NCBI GenBank assembly: GCA_963785305.1 | Contig: CAWAUV010000002.1 | Coordinates: 160,001 to 224,000 of the forward strand | Direction: 5' to 3' | Origin: an uncultured Planctomycetaceae bacterium | GTDB taxonomy: Bacteria > Planctomycetota > Planctomycetia > Pirellulales > PALSA-1355 | Length of the DNA stretch: 64,000 bases | Shown: piece by piece, positions 48,281 through 59,998 of the stretch | Layout: each line of letters begins with the position of its first letter | How positions within the stretch are numbered: the first letter of the stretch is position 1 | Position numbers and translations under genes: made by a program | Notes under the pieces: model-generated | The model's database searches: none | What the model saw: only the letters and a program-made list of their open reading frames with translations | Told to the model about the DNA's origin: nothing

Positions 48281-49762
48281 TCATGGAGAAGTCGTGGTGA
48301 CCGGCGGCGCGGTGGGATTGATGCCAGGGTTCGTGCCGGCATTGGGCGGAACCGCCGTGGCGCCATGCGTCGCCGTGGCCGTGCTGGCAACCGCCGCGTT
48401 CGATTGATTGCTGTTGCTCACCAGCAGCATCGCCGACGGCGTGACGAAGCTCATGGCCGCGTTCGCCATGTACTCTAGCGGTTTGTATTCCAGCATGACG
48501 AGGTCATCGGGCTGAATGACGAGCCGTTCTCGGGAATCATGCGCCGCGAGACTCAAATCGACGGCGATTTTCACCTGTTCGCCGTTGGGCAGCTTGCGCA
48601 CCACGAGAATTTGGGTCGGGTCGACGATTCCGCCCAGCGTGCCATTGTTGAAGTTTCGCCGGGCGCCGTTCAAACCAGCCGGGCCGCCCGGAGTGCCATT
48701 GGCCATCGCAATGGCCTCGATCACGTCGAGACTACGGTCGCGAGGCAACGGGAACTGGCCGCCGACCAGCAGACCGCCCGTGTAGAACCACTCGGTGTCG
48801 CGGGCCGGCACGAACACGATATCGCCATCGTCGAGCACGATGTCTTGCTCGATAAACGGCAGCGGTTCGCCGGTGCGCAACCTAAGCGGAATGCGCGCCG
48901 TGCGAACGCCCGGCGTCGGGACCGAAGCCATGTTTTGCGGCGCCGCGGCGGTTTCGCCGGGCTCGTCGGCGGGCAAAGCTCGGACAACGTCCGCCCGTCC
49001 CCGCAGCACCCACAAATCGCAATGCGCGTCGATGCCCGGCTGGCCGCCGCTCACGACCAGCGCATGCAGCACGTCGTTTTCGTGCGTGGGCAAATCCACG
49101 ATCAACGACGTCGGGCGTTTCGTGTAGGGCACGACGCCATGGGAGACATAACTCGGAAAGCCATCGACATTCAAATCCTCGCGAATCACCATCACGCGGT
49201 GGACTCGCGGCTTGATGATGGTCACGATCACGCGGTCGCGTCCGGGCTGGAGAATCTTGTGGTCGACCACATACGTGTGTCGAATCACCTCGGCGGCCTG
49301 GGTGAGCGTCATGCCGCGCACGGCGAGCGGCTCGACGAGCGGAATCGCGATGCGGCCCGCGTCGTCGACCATCGTCGGCACGCCGACCACCGGTCCGTAT
49401 ATCTGGCCGGTCGCGGGATACATGAACGGACTACTGATATTGTTGGTCGGGATTTTGGGAAGAGTTAGCTCCTTGGTCGGGAGCACGCCCTCGACCAGAA
49501 TTCCCAGCATGTCGCCGGAGTCGATGACGTGCGTGTCGCGGGGGCGCTGGCCAAGCAAGCGAAAATCAATTGGCGTATCCGATGGCCGGGCGTCGGTCAG
49601 CAGCGCGGGCGGCGCTTCCCGCACGGGAACCGCATTGCGAGCGCACGAAATGCGACCGATCGGGGCCACGCACCCGGTCAGGCACGCGACAACCACCGCC
49701 AGAGCCCAAACTCCCGACGCGAGCAAGCTAGGTTTTAGTTGGGCGCATTGCGCGGCGTTCAT
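48281..49762 (-). CDS. Polysaccharide export (Wza-like) lipoprotein
   Basis: IDSGDMLGI, GRIAIPLV, IQPDDLV. Confidence 0.85.
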   Translation of the reverse strand: MNAAQCAQLKPSLLASGVWALAVVVACLTGCVAPIGRISCARNAVPVREAPPALLTDARPSDTPIDFRLLGQRPRDTHVIDSGDMLGILVEGVLPTKELTLPKIPTNNISSPFMYPATGQIYGPVVGVPTMVDDAGRIAIPLVEPLAVRGMTLTQAAEVIRHTYVVDHKILQPGRDRVIVTIIKPRVHRVMVIREDLNVDGFPSYVSHGVVPYTKRPTSLIVDLPTHENDVLHALVVSGGQPGIDAHCDLWVLRGRADVVRALPADEPGETAAAPQNMASVPTPGVRTARIPLRLRTGEPLPFIEQDIVLDDGDIVFVPARDTEWFYTGGLLVGGQFPLPRDRSLDVIEAIAMANGTPGGPAGLNGARRNFNNGTLGGIVDPTQILVVRKLPNGEQVKIAVDLSLAAHDSRERLVIQPDDLVMLEYKPLEYMANAAMSFVTPSAMLLVSNSNQSNAAVASTATATHGATAVPPNAGTNPGINPTAPPVTTTSP

Positions 49763-49868
49763 GGTATCAGGTTCTCAATGTCGCGGTCGCGATGCTGGTT
49801 TGTGCGCGTCGCGGCCGGTAACACGGTCCGCGCTTGGAGGATGCCCGCGGCCGGGCGAGGATTGTCGA

Positions 49869-51299
49869 TCACGGGATGGAATAGAACACCGAGCTCTGGA
49901 CTCGGATCAACGCCAACACCGCGTTGCTCGCATACTCCCAGGGCTTGAACTGCAACATCACGAAATCGCCGGGCTGAATGACGATTCGTTCGCGTGCATC
50001 CACCGCGGCCCGGTTCAAGTCGACGCGAATCTTCACTTCTTGGCCATCGGCCAGTTTGCGGATGATGATCACGCGAGTGGGGTTAACGATGCCGCCCAGG
50101 GCGCCATTCCGAAAGTTGGACGACGCTCCGTCGCCCGACGGACCGCCGACCGAAGCGGTCACCAGCGACATGGCCTCGATCACGTCGAGATCGCGGTCTC
50201 GCGGCAAGGGAAACTGCCCGCCCGGCAGCAAGCCGCCGGTCGAAAACACGTCGTTATCCCGCGATTCCAGATAGAGAATGTCGCCGGCCTGTAGGATGAT
50301 GTCGGATTCGGAGAACGACAGCGGCTCGCCCGGCGCCATGCGCAGCGGAATGCGGGTGTAGCTGCGATTGACCTTGCCGGCTTCCAGGACCGATCGGGGG
50401 TCGCCTTGGTTTTGCACTTGGGCGAGCGTCGGTTCGAGCACATCGGTTAGCCCGTCGCGGCTGCGCAGCACCCAAACAGCGTTGTAAGCGTCGATGCCGG
50501 GCAGGCCGCCCGTGGCCAACAGCGCGTGCAGCACGTCATTTTCATATCGTGGCAAGTCAAGAATCACGCCGCTGCCACGCTTCGTGTACGGTACGGTCGT
50601 CGCGCTGCGGAACGAAGGAACTTGGGTCGAGGCCGTGTCCTCGCGGATGATCAACACGCGTTGCACGCGCGGCTTAATCAGCGTAACGATAATTCGATCG
50701 CGGCCAGGATTGAGAACTTTGTGATCGATCGTATAGGCCCGGCGAAGTTGCTCGGTGGCTTGCCCCAGAGTCACGCCCTCGAGCGACGTGCGGCCGATGA
50801 GCGGAAGGTCGAGATTGCCGTTCTCATCCACGACCAGCGGCAAACCCACCACGGGGGCGCGAATCAGGCCCGTCGCCGGATAGGGATCGGGCGTGCCATT
50901 CAAGTTGGTGTAAAGCGCCGCTTGCTCCGCGTTGCTCGTCGGCACGACACCTTGAATGAAGATGCCCAAGGTGTCGCCCGCGCCGATCCGATAGGATTTC
51001 GGCGCCTCTTGCCGCAGGAGCGTGAAGTCGATCGGCGTCTTGCCGCAGCGGCTTTCAGCCAATAGTTCCGGGGGCAAACGATACGCTGGCACCGCGTCGG
51101 TCGCGCAGGTGATGCGACAAAATCCGCTCACGCAGCCGCTGCCGGTCGCGAGCGCCAACGCCGCCAAACAGATCGCTTGGACGACTCGCGCTACTCGGTG
51201 ATTTCGCGTTGGCTCCAAGACCGGCGAAACCGGTCGCTCGGCGCCAACAGCAGGAGCGAAGCCGGGCTTTCCCTCGCCGTGCTTGATAGATTTACACAT
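49869..51299 (-). CDS. Polysaccharide export (Wza-like) lipoprotein, tandem paralog
   Basis: YRIGAGDTLGI, GNLDLPLIG; shares ENDVLHAL and GGQFPLPRD with neighbour. Confidence 0.85.
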   Translation of the reverse strand: MCKSIKHGEGKPGFAPAVGAERPVSPVLEPTRNHRVARVVQAICLAALALATGSGCVSGFCRITCATDAVPAYRLPPELLAESRCGKTPIDFTLLRQEAPKSYRIGAGDTLGIFIQGVVPTSNAEQAALYTNLNGTPDPYPATGLIRAPVVGLPLVVDENGNLDLPLIGRTSLEGVTLGQATEQLRRAYTIDHKVLNPGRDRIIVTLIKPRVQRVLIIREDTASTQVPSFRSATTVPYTKRGSGVILDLPRYENDVLHALLATGGLPGIDAYNAVWVLRSRDGLTDVLEPTLAQVQNQGDPRSVLEAGKVNRSYTRIPLRMAPGEPLSFSESDIILQAGDILYLESRDNDVFSTGGLLPGGQFPLPRDRDLDVIEAMSLVTASVGGPSGDGASSNFRNGALGGIVNPTRVIIIRKLADGQEVKIRVDLNRAAVDARERIVIQPGDFVMLQFKPWEYASNAVLALIRVQSSVFYSIP

Positions 51300-51365
51300 C
51301 GCCGCAAATCCTTTCGCATCTCGTTGCCCGGCCAATCCTGATTGCCGAGCGCGAGTTCCGTTTCG

Positions 51366-52517
51366 TTATTTTTCGGGATTGCCCGCGCAATCCGTGGGTG
51401 GCAATCTTTGCACGGTAGTTTCGGCGACATCCTGGCGCCGCACGATTCCGACTGCCGCGCGTCGGACATAGTTGAGCGGGTCGGCGCTGCCCGAACTCGC
51501 GCCGACGAGCGGCGGTCCGTCGGGTCGCAACGCCATGGTCGGCGCTCCCGGTACTCGAGCCGGACTCGGCGATGGGGCGCGAGTGGCCGTCGAGACGGTC
51601 TGGACCGCGCCGCCGCCTTTGCGCGACGACGTCGGTCGCGCCGGATCGGGTAGCGCCGGCAACGCTTGCGGATTCGCTGCGGGAATCGGCAGCGCCGGTA
51701 TTGGCTGCTCAAAGCCCGGCCCCGAATCCGACGGACCGAGCGGACCCACGGGCATGGCTGGCGTGGGCGTTAATATTCGCGAGGCGGGCTGCGACGGCGC
51801 GACTGGCGTCAGCAACGACGGGTTAACCGCCGATGGAGGCCCGGCCGCATCGCGTGGAGCAAGGGTTCCCGAAGGCGGCAAGGGCGCTTCGGACAGCGTC
51901 GGCGACGACGGAGCATTGGCGGCCGACGGCGGCAGCGCGGAGCTTGGCGTGAGCATGGTCGGCGGCAGCGCGGTGGACATCGCGCCGGGCAACGCGTCCG
52001 GCGCCACCGAGTCTGGCGACTGTTCGGCCGGCGCGGGCACAACCTCTTCCGAAGGCGTCATTCCCGGGGATAGCTCGCCCGGAGGCATCGGCATTTGCGC
52101 GGCCGGTTCCGTCGTCTCGACCGGAGGTTGCTCGGGACCGCCAGCGCCGCCAAAGGCCGGCAATGTGGCTCGGTAGCCGAAGCCATCGCGCTCGGCGGCG
52201 ATGGCGCCTTCTTGGAAGCCTTGATACCAAGCGTTGATCGCGGCCGCCCCCTCGGGGTTTTGCGTATGGGCCGACCAGTAGCATTTGGGGGGAACCGCCG
52301 GGGGGCGAGCGCAACGGCCGAGGCTCACCTCATAGTATCCTTGCCGCCATCCGCGGCGAAAGTCGCTGTATGAGCCGACCGCGTGCTTATCGTATTTCGT
52401 CCCGTACCAAGCCCAATTCGCGCGGCATTCGTTCGTAACGCCATAATGCCAGTCCTGGAATGCCGCGCATCCAGTCTGAACGAGTGTGATTGCCAACCAA
52501 AGCGTGAGCCAACGCAT
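51366..52517 (-). CDS. Pro-rich lipoprotein, hypothetical
   Basis: QTGC lipobox-like, GWRQGY/WYQGF repeats, Pro-rich tail. Confidence 0.7.
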   Translation of the reverse strand: MRWLTLWLAITLVQTGCAAFQDWHYGVTNECRANWAWYGTKYDKHAVGSYSDFRRGWRQGYYEVSLGRCARPPAVPPKCYWSAHTQNPEGAAAINAWYQGFQEGAIAAERDGFGYRATLPAFGGAGGPEQPPVETTEPAAQMPMPPGELSPGMTPSEEVVPAPAEQSPDSVAPDALPGAMSTALPPTMLTPSSALPPSAANAPSSPTLSEAPLPPSGTLAPRDAAGPPSAVNPSLLTPVAPSQPASRILTPTPAMPVGPLGPSDSGPGFEQPIPALPIPAANPQALPALPDPARPTSSRKGGGAVQTVSTATRAPSPSPARVPGAPTMALRPDGPPLVGASSGSADPLNYVRRAAVGIVRRQDVAETTVQRLPPTDCAGNPEK

Positions 52518-52863
52518 GCGCGATCCTTGCGCTAGAACACAATCCGTAACCGTCGAAGTTTCACATCGGCGGGAGAGTCAGTCGCGGGAAAACATCGCTC
52601 GCGAGACCTCCCGTCTTGCGAGGACATTTTCCCCTGTTGGCGTTCTATCGTCGGACCGCAAACGACAATTGAGCGGCGGAGATGGTATTTTCCTCGCCCG
52701 CCGGGAGTTCGACGGACCTCACATCGGCATGGCCCTCACAATCCGATCGACACACGCGGTGCGCGAGCAATTCGCTACAGCGACGCCGGCTAAATGAGAA
52801 CTGGGCAACGCCGGAGCAGGCTCGGCACGATCGAGTTGGCGCATGTCGCTTCGAGGCCACAAG

Positions 52864-54271
52864 TCAGTTCGCCGAAGGCCGCATCGCGCGCGACCAAATC
52901 GTGGGCTTTTCCGCGAAATGCGGCAAAGTTCCCGCCTCGCCGAGGCATCCGGCGAAGCCGAGCGAATAAAGCAAAAAAAAACCCCAATCGCTCGGCATCC
53001 ATTCGCCCGCCAGGAGCAGACTCAACGCCGTTATAGTCGCTCCAAGCGATGCGGCGAGCACTCGCGCCTCGAGCGAATCGCGACCGACCCACGTGCGCCG
53101 CAGCGCGAAAAACGCGGCCAGCAGCACCATTGCCGCGAAGCAGGCTAGCCCCATCCAGCCCAAACGGAGCAACAGGAGCAGATATTCATCGTCGATCGAC
53201 CAGACTTGCGTGAGCACGACCCGCGCATCGGCGTCGAGCGGCACCAGCGGCGGCCAAACCGCGAGTCGCTCGCTGCCGTAGCCCCAGAGCGGCGCTTCTT
53301 GAATCGCCTTGAAGTAGGCGCGCAGGACGTAAAAACGATAGTTCGCGGAATCGGCGCGATATTTCACGCCGCTGAGCTCGATCTGCGCTTGTCGAGCGCG
53401 CGTGCCCTCGGACCAGCGGAGCCATTCGCGAATTTCGCCGGCGCCGAGGCTCAGCGCCACGACCACGATCGCCAGTCCGCCGACAAGATAGGGCCAGCGA
53501 ACCCGGTATCTCACGATGGCGAACACCGCGCTAGAAATCACGAGACATAGGAGCGGCCCACGGGATAACGTGAAAAACACGCCCAAAAAGGTCACTGCCG
53601 GCAAGACCAGCCACCAGCGTGGCCCGCGTCGCCGCCAAGCGAGATTCGCGGCCGCGAGCACGTAGGGAAACAACAGGCACTGAATCATGCCGAACCAGAT
53701 TGGATGCGTGGTCGGTCCCTCGGCGCGTTTGAGGCCGAAGCGCACGCGCCATGCTCGGAGTGCGATCGACGGGCCGTGGTCCGACGATCCAGTTCGCCGG
53801 ATTCACGCGCGAGATCGACTCCACGACCGACCAAACCGCCAGCACGATGCACACATAACACGCAATTCGAATCCAAAGGTCGTAGTTGCGCGAATTGCGA
53901 TTCACAAGCCTTCCGCACACGACCGGCACGAACCATTCGCCATAGGCATGCAAGAGAATTCCGATTCCAAAACCATCGTTGAGCGAATCGGAAAGCACTT
54001 GCACGACAATCAAGCTAATTCCGGCATAGTCAAACGCGTTGAGGCGCGTGCGCAAACGGCTTTGGGGATGAACGCAGTACACCCCTAGTCCCCAGATCGC
54101 GGCCGCGGTGCGCACATCGACCGGCAGCCCGGCGATTTCCACACGTAGCCAAGTCGGCACGAGCAGCGAAAGGAAGACGGCCCCGCCCAGCGCGATATCG
54201 GGGCCAAACCGCCAAGCGACGATTGCGATGAGCAGGCAGGAGAGAAAAACGGTTGTGAGCCACATGGGCAT
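52864..54271 (-). CDS. O-antigen ligase/polymerase-like membrane protein (frameshifted)
   Basis: RAEGPTTHPI, TLSRGP, PLWGYG, IDDEYL. Confidence 0.75.
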
Positions 54272-54363
54272 TGCACCCGTTTCAAAAAACTTTCCAGCGA
54301 ATCATGAGGCGGCCGTGGCCTCGCGCGAGACGAGCGCCGAAGTGCTTTCGCGGCCCATGCCCG

Positions 54364-55026
54364 CTAGGCAATTTCCTTGGAGCACAGAATTTGGAAGGCA
54401 TGCGACGGCCGGTGCGTCGTCAACGGTTGCGTCAAAAATGAAAGGCGTTCCCAAATCAATCTCGGACGAAACCGCGGTCGGGCTCGTTCGGAACGCAATC
54501 GATTCCACCCGTTGATACCCTGCACGCGATAGCCGCGTCCGCGCATCTCCGCCGCGGTCCAGCCCGAGCGGTGCACCTGATGGAGGTTATTATCGTATTC
54601 GCCCTGATACAGGAAACCGTTTGGCGTGAAGATCACGACTCGGCGGCGCGCAATGGCTTCCATTTGCGCGATCAACGATTCACCCTGGGGCTTTTCCAGA
54701 TGCTCGATCAAGTCGTTGGCCAAAACAATGTCGAACGACTTTTCGCCGAACTTTTCCAATATCCCCAGCACGTCACAATGGACGTAATCCGTGTGTATCC
54801 CGAGGGCGCGGCTCCGTTCGATGGCCGGGGCGTGGCCATCGACACCGACACTTTGCTCGACTGCTTGCGAGAATTGTCCGATCGGCGATGTCCAGCCGCA
54901 CCCGACATCGAGCAGGCTACCCCCATCTCGACAGAGCACTTCCAGCATGCGAACGAATTGCTTCCTGAAGCGATCAAACACGAACTCGTCGGCGCGCTTG
55001 AGGAGAGGAATAGCTCGATCTTTCAT
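54364..55026 (-). CDS. Class I SAM-dependent methyltransferase
   Basis: LDVGCG, FDIV, LIEHL, FTPN. Confidence 0.85.
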   Translation of the reverse strand: MKDRAIPLLKRADEFVFDRFRKQFVRMLEVLCRDGGSLLDVGCGWTSPIGQFSQAVEQSVGVDGHAPAIERSRALGIHTDYVHCDVLGILEKFGEKSFDIVLANDLIEHLEKPQGESLIAQMEAIARRRVVIFTPNGFLYQGEYDNNLHQVHRSGWTAAEMRGRGYRVQGINGWNRLRSERARPRFRPRLIWERLSFLTQPLTTHRPSHAFQILCSKEIA

Positions 55027-55131
55027 GAACAACCACCGTTGGTATAGAGCCGATGTTATTGCGGTTCCTAAAGTTTTACGTCGAGTCGCTCGACCGACTC
55101 GAGAATCGGAAACGGACGCGATCTCGGCGCC

Positions 55132-56112
55132 TCATTTCGAATGATTCGTGACATTTTCGATCGGCGAAGCGTTTCTGGCGTAAATGGCGGCGATAAACGC
55201 CCGCGGAACGGCCAAGAACGCTTCATATCGCCCATGCAGAAGAAATCTAAAAGCTTTCATGATGAACTCAAGCGCACACGCGGAAACAAACACCATCTTT
55301 TGATATCCGGACAAGTGTTTGCAAAACACGAGCAATCGATTCTTGAGCGTATGAAAAACATAAAACGCGGCGTGGGGGTTGCTCCAATCGTCCTGAGTGA
55401 GAAAAGCCTCTTCCTTGGAACGCATGGCCCCGTGCGCGCGATGGATGACCTCGGCTCCGGGAACATACATGATGGTCCAACCCGCGCGGGCAGCGCGGAT
55501 CGACAAGTCCACGTCTTCTTCATACATGAAGAGCCGCGGATCGAAACCCTGGAGGCGTTCGAACATTTCCCGACGGCACAACATCGCGCAACCGCTCGCG
55601 AACTCGACGGGGCTCGGCGGGTTCGTCGAATCCGCGTGATCGAGTGGTTTGAGCCACCCCGGGACGCGCATGCGCCCGCGGCTGATATTGATCGTGCCCC
55701 CGGCGTACCACTTCAGTCGCGGCAGTGCATCGAGCATGATGCGCGGCGCGGCGATCCCCGCCGACGGATTCCGTTCCAGGCAATCACGCAGCGACTCCAA
55801 GCAACCCTCTCCAAGCTGCGTGTCCGGATTCAGAAGCAAAATATATGGCGAGCGAACCGATGAAAATATCGACCTCAGCCCGAGATTGACTCCTCGACCG
55901 AAGCCAAGGTTGGTCGACGACTCGACGAGCACGACCTCGACGCCCTCGATCTTCGACCGAAGCTCCGGCAGGTCCTCGGAAGCGTTATGCACGACGACCA
56001 CATTCGCACCGGGACATTGCTTCAGAATGGATATTGCCGCCGCGGCGGTTTCATCCGCGCAGCGATAATTCACGATGACGGCCGAACACCATCCACCCGC
56101 GGCTTCTGACAT
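55132..56112 (-). CDS. GT2 glycosyltransferase
   Basis: NLGFGRGVN, LLNPD, GFDPRLFMYEEDVD. Confidence 0.9.
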   Translation of the reverse strand: MSEAAGGWCSAVIVNYRCADETAAAAISILKQCPGANVVVVHNASEDLPELRSKIEGVEVVLVESSTNLGFGRGVNLGLRSIFSSVRSPYILLLNPDTQLGEGCLESLRDCLERNPSAGIAAPRIMLDALPRLKWYAGGTINISRGRMRVPGWLKPLDHADSTNPPSPVEFASGCAMLCRREMFERLQGFDPRLFMYEEDVDLSIRAARAGWTIMYVPGAEVIHRAHGAMRSKEEAFLTQDDWSNPHAAFYVFHTLKNRLLVFCKHLSGYQKMVFVSACALEFIMKAFRFLLHGRYEAFLAVPRAFIAAIYARNASPIENVTNHSK

Positions 56113-56439
56113 GTCGTGCTTTCTTCCTTCCCGCGAATCAGTAATCGGGCGCCTTAGTCCGGAATTCCGGTATCTCCACGACCGACGACTCGAATCACGG
56201 CAATCGAGCTCGGTTCCCAAAGCATCTAGCAGTCGGTTGAATATTTCAACGGGCTGCCATCCTAACCACTTGGCGAAACGTTCCCTTGTGGCATTCTTCA
56301 ACCTCTTCAAAGCAAATCTCGCCGCGGCCCGCGAAATAGTGACGTCGGTCGTTATTTCGGCGCCGCACCCACGGCGCCTTGGCGGCTTGTCGAACCTTTC
56401 AGGAAGCCGCTGGATTCGCCGACTCGGATAATCACAGAC

Positions 56440-57735
56440 TCACGCTCGCGATGAGCCGCCGAGGGGATTATCGATATACGACGCCGCGAAAAACGCCATC
56501 CACAGCACTCCAAGCAGAAACGGGTCAAGGAGAATCTCAAAAAGGTTTCCGTAGATCGAAAGAATAAAATAACCTAGCACGTATCCGTAAGTGACGAGCC
56601 ATCGGGTATTTTCAAATGACTTGTAGTACAGATAACGCAAACCGAGACCGATCGAAAACATGCCGCCCACGACGCCCAAATACCAAAAATCGATAAAGAG
56701 GGTGCCGAGTGTCGTGCTTGCGAGTCCCTGACCGCCGCTCATTCCGCCATATTCGCCCAGCATTTCCTTGAGCAATACTCCCGCGGCGGGCTGATATCCG
56801 GGCATCAGAGAGTAGATCGCGTTGAACATCTGCATTCCCAGACGGCTTTTCGTGACATCGAAATGCTCGAGGATGCGCTCGAGCACGATGATTCCGTTCG
56901 CGCAATTAAATAACATCGGTCCGCAGAAACCCAACCAGGGCGGCAACCGAAGCAGATCGTTGACCGCGCTGACATCATAACTGGGATTACTCACCCAGCG
57001 CCACCACGCGAATAACCCCAGAAAACAGAACGCCGCCAATCCGATATAAATGATCCGCTTGGGGCTCAAATTCCATTTAATGCGGCTAATCGTGAACAAC
57101 GTCAGCGTCGCGGGCGCGAACATCGCCCCGCGGCTGCCGGTGAGCGCCACGCTACCGACGCACAAAAAGATCGCGATATATCCAATGCGCCGCTGAATTC
57201 GCCCGAGCCCGGGTCGCAGAACCGCGAGAAGGAGACAAATATAAGCGGGCACCGTCAATCGTCCTAGATAGACGATGAAGCCATTATTATCTTCCCAGTA
57301 TGCGCCGCGCGCTTCGTCGATATTCGCGCTAAGCATCAGCAGGCCGACATCGCGAAAATCCCACAATACGAAAGGCGCCGCGGCAAGCGCCAGCAAGATG
57401 CCGACGATGAAAAGCGACCGCGAGGAATTGCCGGGGTAAGTCGTGGTCATCGTCGCCAACTGCTCTCGCGAGGAAAGAGCGAGCGAGTTCGCCGATCGCG
57501 GGCATACCGCATCGCCGATCGCGAAGGCCAGCAGTCCGACAATGAGAACCAAGTAGACTTGTCCGGACGGGCTCTGGTCCTTGACGAGCACGTACGCGTA
57601 GACGCCCACCGTGAAATAAACCGTGTAGGCGTATAAATACAAAGCGCGGGAATTGAAACCGTCTTTCGAGCGCGAATACGCCCATGTCGCGACGCTTACG
57701 ACCAGGGTCATGGCAATGACGGCAACGCTTAACAT
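56440..57735 (-). CDS. Putative Wzy polymerase
   Basis: About 10 TM segments, TGSRG, IDFWYLG. Confidence 0.7.
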   Translation of the reverse strand: MLSVAVIAMTLVVSVATWAYSRSKDGFNSRALYLYAYTVYFTVGVYAYVLVKDQSPSGQVYLVLIVGLLAFAIGDAVCPRSANSLALSSREQLATMTTTYPGNSSRSLFIVGILLALAAAPFVLWDFRDVGLLMLSANIDEARGAYWEDNNGFIVYLGRLTVPAYICLLLAVLRPGLGRIQRRIGYIAIFLCVGSVALTGSRGAMFAPATLTLFTISRIKWNLSPKRIIYIGLAAFCFLGLFAWWRWVSNPSYDVSAVNDLLRLPPWLGFCGPMLFNCANGIIVLERILEHFDVTKSRLGMQMFNAIYSLMPGYQPAAGVLLKEMLGEYGGMSGGQGLASTTLGTLFIDFWYLGVVGGMFSIGLGLRYLYYKSFENTRWLVTYGYVLGYFILSIYGNLFEILLDPFLLGVLWMAFFAASYIDNPLGGSSRA

Positions 57736-57872
57736 AATCGTGGAGCAGTCAAGGGGCGATTTGGCACTCGTGGCCGGCGTAAGTCGCCTGGCGGCGGGAG
57801 TCGGTAAAATTCCGGAAATCGGGCAGGCTTGTTGTCCACGCGATGTACACGCGACGAAAACAAGCGAGGCGC

Positions 57873-58553
57873 TTATTGAAACGGCTGGGAGAACGCTGGC
57901 TTATACGTGAGTAGTCGTGATCGATTACGGATAAAGCGAGCGGGCGTGCCGCCGACCAATGTATATGGCTCCACATCCTTGGTGACGACCGCGCCAGCGG
58001 CGACCGCGGCGCCTTTTCCGATCCGGACATTCGGGAGAATGATGGCGCGAGGCCCTATATAAACGTAATCCTCGATGACCACCGGCCCACCGCGAACGCC
58101 GAAATCCGGAGCGTCCATGTCGTGTTGGAGAGTAAATATCATAGCTTCGGATGACGTTACGACGCAATTACCTATCGTGAGCCCGCTCCGTCCGTCGAAG
58201 AAATTGTCGTTGCCGATGACGCAGTTGTCGCCGACCACGATCCGCCATGGCGCATAAAATCGGGCTCGCCAATGTATGGAACTCTTTCGCCCAAGTTTTA
58301 TGCGCAAAACATGGCGATACATCGCGCGACGAAAATGATGCGATGGCACATAGCCGACCAACGTCGCCAACAACAGCGAAAAGCCTTCCGCGAGATTCGC
58401 CATGTAAGAGATTCTTCGCCGCAGCCAAACTGGCAGGCGGTCGAATGAGCCCGCGAGCGCGGGCGGCAATCTACGATGGACTGTCGCTCGCGGAAGAACG
58501 CCGCCTTGAGCGGCATTCGCCGTATCATGTAGTTCCATTGCCGTCGGTCCCAT
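57873..58553 (-). CDS. Hexapeptide-repeat O-acyltransferase
   Basis: [26 protein letters not shown]. Confidence 0.9.
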   Translation of the reverse strand: MGPTAMELHDTANAAQGGVLPRATVHRRLPPALAGSFDRLPVWLRRRISYMANLAEGFSLLLATLVGYVPSHHFRRAMYRHVLRIKLGRKSSIHWRARFYAPWRIVVGDNCVIGNDNFFDGRSGLTIGNCVVTSSEAMIFTLQHDMDAPDFGVRGGPVVIEDYVYIGPRAIILPNVRIGKGAAVAAGAVVTKDVEPYTLVGGTPARFIRNRSRLLTYKPAFSQPFQ

Positions 58554-59945
58554 GAAAGCATAGGTGTTGCGGGGTTAACTTGCTCGTTCCGGAGGCCGCG
58601 GTGAGCGACAAACCGTCTTCTTGCTCGCCGCTGGGGACGGCCTCGACCCGGCCGGTCGAGGCCCCGGACCGCTCGATCGGGCTCGAGGGGATTTTGAAAA
58701 CGCCGTACCGCGCCAGTGATACGAACAGCGCGACGCCCATCAAACATTCCGTGGTCAAGACCGCGCTCGCGGTCCCCTGGGCGCCGCCCCATGCGCTGAA
58801 TGTGGTTAATAGAACGATGTGCAGCGCGGAGCCTAAAAAGATAATCGAGGTAAAACGCCGCGTGTAACCGAGGCGCAAAGGGCTTGGGTTCCCAGTAGAT
58901 TATTAAGCGTAAAAACACAGGGCCACCAAGCTAGGATCGAGAACACTTGAATCGACCCGTCCGCCGAACCGCGAGAAATGCATTTGATGATCGGCGAGGC
59001 CGCCATGTAGAGCACGAGAGACCCCACAAACGACGCGCTCGCCACCACCCACAGCAGGTTGCGAATAAGCGCCACGGCCTGCTCGCGCGAGCGCGCGGCC
59101 GCCTCGCAGATGCGAGGGTACACCACTTTTGACATGGGCAACGTGCATAGCTGGATCACGGCCAGTGCGATCTTTTCCGCGAAACTGTAATATCCGACGA
59201 CTCGATCATCGCACAGCAAGCCCAGGATGAAGGTGTTCGCCGTGATGAATACCGACGTGGAGATCGTCGAAAGAAACAATTCGAACCCCTGCCGCAGGCC
59301 GGCCAAAACAGCGCGAGGATCCGGCATGGCGCCCATGACGCGAGTGAGCATGAACATCAGGCCGAGCGACGCCAATGCGCCACATAGGGTGCTACCCCAC
59401 TGAAGCAGCCCGGCGGTGGCAATGTCCTTGTCGGTCTTGACGAAATAGAGCATCGCGAACATCATCGCGATTCGCGAAATGCCTTGGATGCAATTCACAT
59501 AACGAACGAGTCGCATTCCCTCGAAAAACCAGACGGGCAAAATTCCCGTTCCCAACACCTGCAGCGAAGCCAACATGTAGATGTGGCGATGTTCGCGGAA
59601 CGACGGGATGCCCATCACCAGCGCGGTCATCAATGCCAAGCTGACGCTCAATGTAATCAGTCGAACGCCCAAGGTCGTCCGAATGATCTTCGAAAGTCGT
59701 CGAGGTTCATGCCGGTTCAAGGCGACCTCTCGAGTCGCCGTGAGGCCATGGCCATAATCAGCCAACGTCCCGAAAAACATCGCGAACGCTTGAGCAAACG
59801 CCAACTCGCCAAAGCCGCTCGGTCCAAGTCGGGTCATCAGCAGCGGCGCTGTGACCAAGGGGACGAGATAGTTCATCCCTTGCAGAATCACCAGCGAGCT
59901 GAAGTCGATGGCGATGTTTTGGAACCGTTTTAACAATCTGATCAT
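58525..59945 (-). CDS. wzx: Wzx flippase (frameshift near 58870)
   Basis: [30 protein letters not shown]. Confidence 0.85.
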
Positions 59946-59998
59946 GGTTCGACGACCGGTTGCGGCGCGCCCTAACGGGAGCGAGGGAATCCGAGTAT

